From assembly GCA_963709055.1 (NCBI GenBank), contig CAVPUZ010000024.1, forward strand, positions 2,882 through 66,881: a stretch of DNA of 64,000 nt, given 5' to 3'. The DNA is from an uncultured Acidobacteriaceae bacterium. GTDB taxonomy: Bacteria > Acidobacteriota > Terriglobia > Terriglobales > Acidobacteriaceae. Below, piece after piece: positions 48,701 to 56,496 of this stretch. Made by a program: the position numbers and the translations under genes. Position 1 is the first letter of the stretch, and each line of letters begins with the position of its first letter. The notes under the pieces are model-generated. The model was not told where the DNA came from and ran no database searches. It saw nothing but the letters and a program-made list of their open reading frames with translations.

Positions 48701-48928
48701 ATGATGACCATGCTGGTGGCTACTCTGGGACTTCTGCCAGCCGCGCTCTCGCACGCGATTGGTTCCGACTCGCAGCGTCCCTTCGCCATCGTCATCGTAG
48801 GCGGACTCATCGCCGCCCTCATCATGAGCGTCTTCCTGCTGCCGACCCTGTATGTCTGGATCGCGCGCGACACCGATGTGCTCCCGGCAGCCGAAGGGCA
48901 GTTCGAAGAGGGAGAGCATGTCGACTAA
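45743..48928 (+). CDS. CusA/CzcA-family heavy-metal efflux RND transporter
   Basis: 1061-aa intact ORF with 12-TM RND topology and the typical HME N-terminus MIRRVVDFALNNRLLVVALALILFAWGIVSFERLPIEAYPDV. It follows the CzcC- and CzcB-like genes. Confidence 0.93.
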   Translation: MIRRVVDFALNNRLLVVALALILFAWGIVSFERLPIEAYPDVADNYVEIITQWPGISAEQIEQQVTIPLEIVMNGIPQTVHLRSFSLFGLSDIKLIFDDGSDNAWNRERVLERLSQVTLPPGVVPQMGTDWSPVGQIYFFTLHSTNPKYDAMELKSIEDWIVEKNFKAVPDVVDVASFGGPTREYQVRVDPNKLVAYGLSLAQVEQQLTNNNTNAGGSFIQEGLQQINVRAVGLVNRVQDIEQTVITTKNGTPIRVRDIGVVEQGAKIRLGQFARTCSECPYGPNGAIVHEDGRIIDNDDVISGIALLRKGAPADAALEGIHQKVEELNDHILPHGVKIVPFIDRSSLVHYTSHTVLHNLSEGMILVSIILFLFLGNVRGALIVAATIPFSLLFAAICLDLSHIPANLLSIGALDFGVLVEGAIVLIENIVHSLSHASSGTKTPIERISDSSHEVQRPVFYAIIITITAFLPIFTLQRVEGRLFRPMAWTMAFALLGALFFSIVVSPVLASFAFAKGASEWRNPLMHWLIEQYRVTVRWAIHHRAITVGVCGLAVAIGNFLAFGGLIGSEFLPHLDEGAIWVRGVLAPSTGPDEGIRVANQARIVLCSFPEVPQCTSQVGRPDDGTDTTGFFDTEYFVDLKPKEQWRPVFHENKEELIAAMQRELDKIPGVLWGFSQPIEDNMEEAVSGVKGELATKIYGDDLKVLEETADQIVGVMSQVNGVEDLGVFRVLGQPNLNVTVDRDAAARYQINVADVQDAVQTAVGGNALTQVLQGEARYDLTLRYLPQYRDTRDAIEKIRLLSPSGERVSLAQLCHIKEADGGSEIYREGNRRYIAIKYSVRGRDLGSTVEEAMKKVDERVKLPAGYTLDWEGEYKSQKRANARLLIVLPITIFIIFIILYTMFKSFKWALLIMVNIAVAPIGGLIALLITGTHFSVSSGVGFLALFGVCVQTGVIMLEYINQLRVRRYSVEDAAVEGAVMRLRPIMMTMLVATLGLLPAALSHAIGSDSQRPFAIVIVGGLIAALIMSVFLLPTLYVWIARDTDVLPAAEGQFEEGEHVD

Positions 48929-48977
48929 AAGTAGGGCCGTGACCGCCGAGAAGATTACGGCACTCTGCAGAGCGTAA

Positions 48978-49283
48978 CGCCGGCAACTTGCCGGCGGTTC
49001 CGAGAGCCTGCCCTGAGCTTGTCGAACGGGCGCCCCGCCCACGGGCCCTCGCGTAGCGACAGCCGCTCCCGGCTGTCCTGCCCCCGCATAGCGACAGCCG
49101 CCCCGGCTGTCTCTTTCGTTTTCCAGTGTCGTGTCCCGGAAATACGCGGCATAAAGTGTGAGGCCTTGAAAGGGCGCGGCTTTCAGCCGCGCCGTAATCT
49201 GTGCCAAGAAATACGGGGCTTTACAGTTTGCTGAAAAACTCGAATTGCACAAAAAAGGGAAGGGCACGACGTTTAGTCGTGCC
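48978..49283. repeat. cluster of REP-like GC-rich hairpin elements in a non-coding region
   Basis: The cluster contains a palindrome cgccggcaa-c-ttgccggcg (48978-48996); two copies of tagcgacagccgc(t/c)cccggctgtc with a GACAGCCG/CGGCTGTC stem (49051-49077 and 49086-49111); a hairpin ggcgcggct-ttc-agccgcgcc (49173-49193); and a hairpin ggcacgac-gttta-gtcgtgcc (49263-49283). Confidence 0.75.
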
Positions 49284-50311
49284 ACTAAGTCGTTCAAAAT
49301 GAATCTGCGGTTTAGCGCCTGGGGAACTGCTCACGGCCGCAGATCGACTTTTTCCGCAAACTGTTCAGCCGCCGAGGTCACACTTTCGACCCGCGAAGTA
49401 GTTTTTCAGCAGCCTGCCAGGACGACAAGCAGCCCCGGTGGCTGATTTCAGCGGGGCATTCCCTTTCCGGCCAAAGCTGGCCTTGGTTCTTTTCATCACC
49501 CTTTTCTCGTACCACCATCACAGACAGCATCACAATCGGTGCGATGATTCCACGACCATGCACCATCGGGAAGTGCGCCCGTCTCCAGAGACAAACGCAT
49601 TTTCCGCTTCAACTTTTTTCGTGGTTCTTTGACAATAAATGCAAGAAGCAAGCACCCCGCAAGTGCACGCCAATCCGCGAAATCTCGGGCTAAGTCTTAT
49701 CTTTTGAATACTTTACCAATAAGCTACTTATTATCATCAACTTAACTCATTTTAGGCGGAGGGGGGGTACCCCCCTGAATTTCCCAATTTCTCCCAGCAA
49801 AAGCAATCATCTGTCAGCGAATATGTCAGTGAATCGATCAGCGAATATCGCCTCCGGAGCGGTCATTAATGTCTGTCGCCTGGCAACAACCTGCTTCCTC
49901 GCCGATGGTTGAACCAATCGATCATTTCAATAGCTTGCCGGCGAGCCAGTAATCGACACTGAACTTTCCGGGCCGGAGCAGATCAGCCAGATAAAGAAGA
50001 GCGCGTACAAGACTTCCGGAAGCTAATCTGGCAGCCGGTATCTCCTCATTATTATTATTAGATTCAGGTGCGTCAGCGTCTTCCGGTGCGTCCAACACAG
50101 ACGGTAATACATCCATCGCGACCGAGTTTGTTACTTCAAACTAAGCGATGCTTCTGCTGCCCACAGAAATAAGCTTCCCGGAAACGGATCGGGCGCAAGA
50201 TGTCTGGACAAGTTCCGCGCTTTTAGGTAAAGCGCAGCACTCGGTTTTTCCACGCAAGATCATCCATCATGGGCAATCCGCCCCAGACTATTATTCTGAA
50301 CTGTGACTGCA

Positions 50312-51010
50312 ATGCCGAACACACACACCAAGACCCCGCTTCGGACGGGCTTCCTCCGGTCCTTTATTCGATGGCTTGTCATCGGCGTGGTGCTTCTTTG
50401 GTCGCTTGCCGCGCTGATCCTTGTGGCCGCCCGGTGGATCGACCCACCGACAACCGCGGTGCACATCCAGCGCCACCTGCAGGCCTGGATTCACCACACG
50501 CCCTATCGCGAACGCTACAAATTCATTCCGCTCAGCCAAATCTCGCCCGATCTCCAGCACGCTGTAATCGCCGCAGAGGACGCGCACTTCTACCAGCACC
50601 ATGGATTCGATTGGCACCAGATCCAAATCGCTGCGGAAGATGATTTGGAAGGTGATCGCACTCGCGGAGCTTCCACCATTACGCAGCAACTCGTAAAAAA
50701 CCTGTTCTTCGGAACGGGCCGCTCCATCCTCCGCAAGGGCGCAGAGGCCACACTGGTACCGGTGGCCGAATTCGTCCTCGGCAAACGGCGCATTCTGGAG
50801 ATATACCTCAACGTGGTCGAATGGGGCCCTGGTATTTATGGTGCAGAGTCGGCGTGTCGTTACTACGACGAAACCGCAGCCCGGAATATCGGCCGGGAAC
50901 AGGCGGCACGGCTCGCTGCAATTCTGCCGGCTCCCCTGAAGCGACGGCCCGAGCGCATGAATAACTACAGCGCGATTATCCTTAAGCGGATGCGCCAAAT
51001 GGGTTGGTAA
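50312..51010 (+). CDS. mtgA: monofunctional biosynthetic peptidoglycan transglycosylase
   Basis: The track ORF is 50303-51010 (GTG), with an ATG at 50312. It has an N-terminal TM anchor and GT51 motifs (AVIAAEDAHFYQHHGFDW, RGASTITQQLVKNLF, RKGAEA, ILEIYLNVVEWGPGIYGAE). Confidence 0.88.
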   Translation: MPNTHTKTPLRTGFLRSFIRWLVIGVVLLWSLAALILVAARWIDPPTTAVHIQRHLQAWIHHTPYRERYKFIPLSQISPDLQHAVIAAEDAHFYQHHGFDWHQIQIAAEDDLEGDRTRGASTITQQLVKNLFFGTGRSILRKGAEATLVPVAEFVLGKRRILEIYLNVVEWGPGIYGAESACRYYDETAARNIGREQAARLAAILPAPLKRRPERMNNYSAIILKRMRQMGW

Positions 51011-51115
51011 TCGTGGCTAACATTTTGCCGATGCCGCGGTTCTTATTGGACCGCCAGCTATGCTTCTCTGCGTACACATGTCGTTAAAGGCGAGATGCGG
51101 ATGGCAAACGTTTTT

Positions 51116-52066
51116 TTACCAGTGAGGTCCTTTCCGTAAACTGGGACGATCTTGCAACTCAGATCGGTTGCTGATAGCGGCGCAGTCGCACCGCCGCCGC
51201 AAGAAAGCCGCGGCGAGCGCCAGGCCGATCCACAGACCCGGACTGATCAGAAATAGCCCGGATCGATATGGGTCATTGGGTTGGTTGGGAACATGTCTGG
51301 TGATGTCACGGCGACAGTGGGAGCGGCGCCCATCAATCGGGACCCCACCAAGGCGAGCGAAATGCCAGGTGTGGAAAACAATCTGCTCGACCCCGGCGAT
51401 CGCTACCAGCGGCAATGCCGCCCAGAGAAATGTCGCGCGGCGCGCCAACCGGATACGAGCAGCAGCCAGCAATAAATTGGTGCGGGCCAAAGCGCATGGG
51501 CCGTGAGCAAGGTGGTAAAGCAGCAGCGCATGACATCCGAAAAACGATAACTTCGTCCACAACGTCGCCACACTCAGACCGCTCGCCAGCACTACGGCGC
51601 TGCTCAGCAGCAGCATGAGCCACTGCATCGCGACGGTGATCGCGAAAGATCAGCAGTGGCAAGAATTACAGAGCGGAATGCTCGCCTTCGCAAGCACGGT
51701 GGTGACATCGGACACCGGCAGCGACTTCCAGAACAAGAATGCTGCGGTCGCGGCGCTCGCTGTGCAACGCGTCCAGACAATAAAACACGCTCACGACGAT
51801 ACCGGTAAGCATCATTAGACCTGCCGCCATATCGAATGGCGCTTGCAGGCTGCGCCGGATTGAGCCTCAACGGCATTTCCCAGATGCCTGCAATCGACGC
51901 TGAGTGAGAATCCGAACAGAGCGACTCCGGCGACCGCCAGCGGCGCAATGTAGATCGAACGGTTCTCCCACAATTCGCGCCGTATCGACCAGTAGAAGGG
52001 CCGAGGAGCCGGCAGTGGACACCGGCGCGCGCTACTCTGCGAGTCGAGAGGACTCGTGCATGGCAT
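51116..52066 (-). pseudogene. ABC-2-type transporter permease (YtrCD-like), several frame changes; boundaries approximate
   Basis: The pieces are MPCTSPL...RPFYWSIRRELWENRSIYIAPLAVAGVALFGF (ORF 51815-52219), PFDMAAGLMMLTGIVVSVFY...SILFWKSLPVSD...IPLVILPLLIFAITVA (a frame not listed in the track), and MQWLMLLLSSAVVLASGLSV... (ORF 51116-51628). Confidence 0.45.
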
Positions 52067-52079
52067 CTCGATTGCGTAT

Positions 52080-52985
52080 TCATCGAATCGCTCCTCCTGC
52101 TGGGCCTGGCTGGTTGCCCTGCATCGCCCATCACCGCAACGAACAAGTCGGCAATGCTCGGTGTGCGCACTTCGCCCAGCGCTGTAAGTTGCTGGCGGTT
52201 GACGTTGACGATCGGACATTCAGATCGAACAGAAGGATGCTGCGGCCGATCGCCTGGCGCTCATGCATCGGCTTGAGCGCCCGTGCCGCGGCGACCTGCT
52301 CGGGATGCACGATCACTTCCAGATAGCGCGACTCCAATTCTTCCATGCTGCAATTGAAAACGATGCGCCCGCGGTCGATGAACATGAGATCGGTGAGGAC
52401 GTGCTGCGACCTCTTCCACCTGATGGGTCGTCACCACGATGGTGCGGTTGCGATCGAAGTAGTCGTTCAGCAGCGAATCGTAGAACTGCTTGCGATACAG
52501 GATGTCCAGACCCAGCGTCGGCTCGTCCAGCACCAGCAATCTCGCGTCAATCGCCATGACCAGCGCGAGGTGCAGCTGCGTCACCATACCCTTCGACAAT
52601 TCCCTGCACTCTGCTGCCGCGCCGGATGGTGGTCTTCGCCAGAAAGCCTTCCGCCTTCGCGCGATCGAATCGCGGATGCACGCCAGCCACATAGTCGAGT
52701 GCCTGCGAAACCCTGCATCCAGCGCGGCAGCACGGCGACATCGGCAATGAAGCAGACATCGCGCATGAGTTGATCGCGCTCGGTCCAGGGATCGCGCCCG
52801 AGTACCCGCAGCTCTCCCTGATAGGACGTGAGGCCGAGAATCGCGTTGAGCGCGGTGGTCTTGCCCGCGCCGTTGGGACCGATGAGCCCGAGGATGCGGC
52901 CCTCTTCGACCCGCAGATCGACGCCGTCCAGCGCGATCGTTGTGCCGAAGGCCTTGCGGAGGCCGCGTGCTTCTATGCATGTCAT
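52080..52985 (-). pseudogene. ABC transporter ATP-binding protein, several frame changes; 3' boundary approximate
   Basis: MTCIEARGLRKAFGTTIALDGVDLRVEEGRILGLIGPNGAGKTTALNAILGL (Walker A) is in ORF 52581-53513. LSKGMVTQLHLALVMAIDARLLVLDEPTLGLD (signature and Walker B) is in ORF 52261-52980. MFIDRGRIVFNCSMEELESRY is in ORF 52131-52385. The start overlaps the GntR stop (ATGA). Confidence 0.7.
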
Positions 52986-53429
52986 GGCTTCAGCGCTCCT
53001 CCTTCCGGGGGATTCGGCTTCGGCGGGCTTTCGACGGTGCGGCCTTCGACGACGGCCGCGACGCCATTCAGCAGCTCTTCCGCTTTCAGGCCGAGCCGCT
53101 GAATGGTCGCGTAGATCCTCGGCCATTCTTCGCCAAGAAATTTCTGCCGCTCGCCCTGCAGCAACAGACTGCGCGCGCCCGTCATTGATGAACATGCCGA
53201 GGCCTCGTCGCGTCTCCACCAGCCCCTCGTCCACCAGTTGCTGGTAGCCCTTCAGGACCGTGAGCGGATTGACCCGATATTCCGCCGCGACGTTGCGCAC
53301 GGAGGGCAGTGGATCGCCTTCCTTGAGCACTCCATCGAGGATCATCGCGACCACGCGGTCGCGAAGCTGGCGGTAAATCGGCTGATTGTCGTTCCACTCA
53401 CGGTCCATCAGGTTTTCCACGGTAGACAT
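52982..53429 (-). pseudogene. GntR-family (YtrA-subfamily) transcriptional regulator, one frame change near 53180
   Basis: ATG at 53429. The wHTH IYRQLRDRVVAMILDGVLKEGDPLPSVRNVAAEYRVNPLTVLKGYQQLVDEGLVETRRGLGMFI is in ORF 52581-53513. The short C-terminal helices (ARSLLLQGERQKFLGEEWPRIYATIQRLGL...) are in ORF 52982-53185. Confidence 0.75.
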
Positions 53430-53449
53430 TAGCAGAGATACCGCTGCCT

Positions 53450-54025
53450 CTAGTTGACCCGATGCAGGTCGAAGTGCGCGTGGATCGGCTTGTCCTTCAT
53501 CATGAACGTCCAATCCTCGGTGTGGTGGTTGGCATCGATGAAGGTGAACACCGAATGGTGCATGTGGTATTCCGGATTCCCGCTGATGTCCCTGAACTCG
53601 AACTCGACAGTTTTACCGTCGGGCGACATCTTGCCAGTCATGCGCGGCCGGTTTCCCGCGTCGCAATAGTGAACGAGCGTGAGTTGGTCTCCGTCGACGT
53701 ATAGCATCGTGACCGGATGATCGTACTTGGTTGCATCCAACGGCGTTCCCGCTTCCTGGAGTTCGTGCACGAGCACGTTCCCCCTCGACGTCACGCGCAT
53801 CGAGACGTGGAGCGGCTTGCCGTTCGACATCTCCGGCATGTCCGGGACGCTGACGGGACCTTCCCATTCTCCCGCCAGGCTTTTTATGGTTGTGAAGGCC
53901 TTCTGCGCCTCAGACGGCACAGGAGACACGGAGGACTTTTGCGTGTCGTGATTGTGCGAAAGCCACGATGCGAGAGAGACATCAGAACAGTGGAAAGGAC
54001 ACAACGAAGGGATTTCATGTTTCAT
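53450..54025 (-). CDS. conserved hypothetical, probably secreted beta-rich protein (N-terminus uncertain)
   Basis: ORF 53450-54136. The mature part reads LAGEWEGPVSVPDMPEMSNGKPLHVSMRV...LTLVHYCDAGNRPRMTG...FTFIDANHHTEDWTF, and I cannot name a family confidently. A GGAG RBS is better spaced for the out-of-frame ATG at 54018, which encodes a signal-peptide-like MKSLRCVLSTVLMSLS. Confidence 0.5.
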   Translation of the reverse strand: MKHEIPSLCPFHCSDVSLASWLSHNHDTQKSSVSPVPSEAQKAFTTIKSLAGEWEGPVSVPDMPEMSNGKPLHVSMRVTSRGNVLVHELQEAGTPLDATKYDHPVTMLYVDGDQLTLVHYCDAGNRPRMTGKMSPDGKTVEFEFRDISGNPEYHMHHSVFTFIDANHHTEDWTFMMKDKPIHAHFDLHRVN

Positions 54026-54364
54026 TCTCCTCGAAAAGTTCATTTTTTCTGCCCTCGGGCCATGGGTTATACGCTGGCGTCGATAGCTCGAATGGTCTGT
54101 GATGCTGTTATACTTAACTATAACACAGTAGGACATGTCAAGCTATTCCTTCTATTGTTTTCTTTGCCCCCATCAACATGAGATGGTTCGCATCGCCGCT
54201 GCGCCGTGGAGAGTTGCCAGACGGGAACCTGCTGCTGTCGGCGTGAAAGTGATAACTGTTCCCGCGACGCCCATAATTGTGCGCATAAAAGCCAAGGGGA
54301 TTCTAAACTTTGCGCAGGGGGTTCCGACCACCGGGTTGGCACACAGGAACCCTGGAGACGCTAG

Positions 54365-55045
54365 ATGAAGCTGCTGGTAGTGGAAGATGAGACCCATATG
54401 GCAGAACTCCTGCAAAAGGGTCTGACTGAGGAAGGTCACACGGTGGTGTGCAGCTACGATGGAGCCGACGGTCTGGCGACGGCGAAGGCCTACGAGTTTG
54501 ACGTCATCATTTTGGACGTGATGATGCCCAAACTCAACGGCTATGAAGTCGCGAAACGCCTGCGCGCGGAGAAGATTCGCTCGCCAATCTTGATGTTGAC
54601 CGCGCGGGACTCGGTTTCAGACATCGTGCGCGGCCTTGATTTGGGCGTGGACGAATACCTTACCAAGCCGTTCTCCTTCGAAGAGCTATTGGCGCGCTTG
54701 CGCGCGGTCCAGCGGCGCGCGGTGAAGGCCGTGCAGGCAACATTGCGCGTTGGTGACCTGGAGTTTGATCCGGCCAGTCATGAGGTTTCGCGCGGCGGCG
54801 AGCGGATTTCACTGACACGCACGGAGTACTGTCTGTTGGAGCGACTGATGTACCGGCCGGGCCAGGTGGTGCCGCGGCGTTCGCTGATTGAGGCGGTATG
54901 GGGGTTCGACCGCGAGATTGAAGAAAACACGCTGGACGCATTTATGCATCTGCTGCGCGCGAAGGTGGATCCGCCGGAAAAGGCAAAACTGATTCATACG
55001 GTGCGGGGCGTCGGATACATGATCCGAGCGGATGGCACGGCATGA
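54365..55045 (+). CDS. OmpR-family response regulator (heavy-metal CusR/CopR-like)
   Basis: 226-aa ORF with a REC domain (MKLLVVEDE...ILDVMMPKLNG...LTARD) and a winged-helix Trans_reg_C domain (LTRTEYCLLERLM...VRGVGYMI). The stop overlaps the kinase start. Confidence 0.85.
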   Translation: MKLLVVEDETHMAELLQKGLTEEGHTVVCSYDGADGLATAKAYEFDVIILDVMMPKLNGYEVAKRLRAEKIRSPILMLTARDSVSDIVRGLDLGVDEYLTKPFSFEELLARLRAVQRRAVKAVQATLRVGDLEFDPASHEVSRGGERISLTRTEYCLLERLMYRPGQVVPRRSLIEAVWGFDREIEENTLDAFMHLLRAKVDPPEKAKLIHTVRGVGYMIRADGTA

Positions 55046-56496
55046 AAAAACTCTCCATCGGGGTGCGTCTCACATTGTGGTATCTGGCGATTTTTGCGGT
55101 CGCTCAATTAATTTTTGGTGTTGGCATGTGGGTGGTCCTCCGGCATTACCTTTACGATCTCGCGGACGATGATCTGGAAAGCCAAGTGGAAGACCTGCAG
55201 AGATTCTTTGGAGCGCAGAAAGACAATTCGTTGGTTCGGCTCCAAAGCGGTTTTGCGGAATCATATGCGGATCATGCCGGCGACTATCTGCAGGTTTACG
55301 CCGGCAATGGCAATTGGATTTATCAATCGGCATTCATGAAGACGCATTGGCTGGCGCCGGTTGAACCAGCGCAAATTTCGGGGCTCACATTTGAAGACCG
55401 CTGGATGGAGGGCAAGCCGTTGCGGTTTGCGACGCGGCGCTTCGAAATCAACGGTCATCCTTCCACGGTGCAAACGGGCGTGATGATTGCGGACGTGGTC
55501 GATACGCTGCGAATGTTTCGCCTGTATCTGCTTATGGTCGCACCCCTGCTTTTGTTGGCGGCCGCGAGTGGAGGCTATTGGCTGAGCCGGCGGGCCCTGG
55601 CCCCCGTGGACGCGATTGTTGGAACCGCGCGTGAGATTGGCGGCACGAACCTCAACAGCCGTCTGAAAAAACTCGACACCGGGGATGAATTGCAGCGGCT
55701 TTCCGATACCTTGAATCAGATGCTGGATCGAATCGAGAGCGCGTTCCGGCGCGTGACCGAGTTTACAGCCGATGCCTCACACGAACTGCGTACGCCGGTT
55801 TCGTTGATTCGGACCGAGGCCGAATTGGCGCTGCGGCGCTCGCGGGGAGATGAACAATATCGGGAGGCTCTGCAGCACATTCTGCGTGAGGCCGAGAGGA
55901 CCTCGGGGTTAATCGAGGAACTGCTGGCGTTGGCGCGAGCTGACTCTGGCCGGGAGTCGTTAAAGATGCGGGTAGTTAATGTCCACACGGTGTTGCGGGA
56001 GGCTGCGGATGGCTGGCGTTCCGTCGCCGAGATGAGCAATTTGGATTTTCGCGACGGACTTGGCAGTGGCGATCTATTTGTAATGGCCGATGAAAACGCG
56101 CTGCGCCGGGTCATCAACATTTTGCTCGATAACGCGTTCAAGTACACGACATCACCCGGGACGGTCAGCCTCGCACTCGAAAAAAAGAACGAAAGGGCAG
56201 TGATTGCGGTTCGTGACACAGGTGTGGGCATTGCGCTGGAAGAGCATGCGAAGATCTTCGAACGCTTCTACCGGGTGGACAAGGCTCGAAGCCGTGAAAC
56301 ACAGGGAGCCGGGCTGGGCCTCTCGATCGCGCAGTGGATCGTGCAGCAGCATGGTGGGGTGATTTGGGTGGAGAGCGAGGTGGGGCGCGGGGCGGCTTTC
56401 TACGTGGAACTGCCCGCGATCACGATTCCGGTGCAGAATCTGCTGAGCGTGCAGACCACTAACCTCGGCTCAGGTAGTGATGCACCGCCGGCGTGA
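55042..56496 (+). CDS. heavy-metal-sensor-type histidine kinase (CusS-like)
   Basis: 484-aa ORF. The N-terminus LSIGVRLTLWYLAIFAVAQLIFGVGMWVVL is typical of the heavy-metal sensor kinase family. It has a HAMP domain, the H-box FTADASHELRTP, and HATPase motifs (DNAFKYT, DTGVGI, GAGLGLSI). Confidence 0.8.
   Translation: MKKLSIGVRLTLWYLAIFAVAQLIFGVGMWVVLRHYLYDLADDDLESQVEDLQRFFGAQKDNSLVRLQSGFAESYADHAGDYLQVYAGNGNWIYQSAFMKTHWLAPVEPAQISGLTFEDRWMEGKPLRFATRRFEINGHPSTVQTGVMIADVVDTLRMFRLYLLMVAPLLLLAAASGGYWLSRRALAPVDAIVGTAREIGGTNLNSRLKKLDTGDELQRLSDTLNQMLDRIESAFRRVTEFTADASHELRTPVSLIRTEAELALRRSRGDEQYREALQHILREAERTSGLIEELLALARADSGRESLKMRVVNVHTVLREAADGWRSVAEMSNLDFRDGLGSGDLFVMADENALRRVINILLDNAFKYTTSPGTVSLALEKKNERAVIAVRDTGVGIALEEHAKIFERFYRVDKARSRETQGAGLGLSIAQWIVQQHGGVIWVESEVGRGAAFYVELPAITIPVQNLLSVQTTNLGSGSDAPPA

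Noticed and set aside
48557-49297. 246-aa minus-strand ORF spanning the end of czcA and the REP-like field
   Set aside because: It is partly antisense to czcA and partly a read-through of hairpin repeats (peptides such as FDKLRAG and KAAPFQGL derive from the palindromes). It has no RBS and no coherent domain.
49922-50116. 64-aa minus-strand ORF in the AT-rich gap
   Set aside because: It has no RBS, it is low-complexity (NNNNEE, acidic runs), and I recognise no homology. It is probably non-coding.
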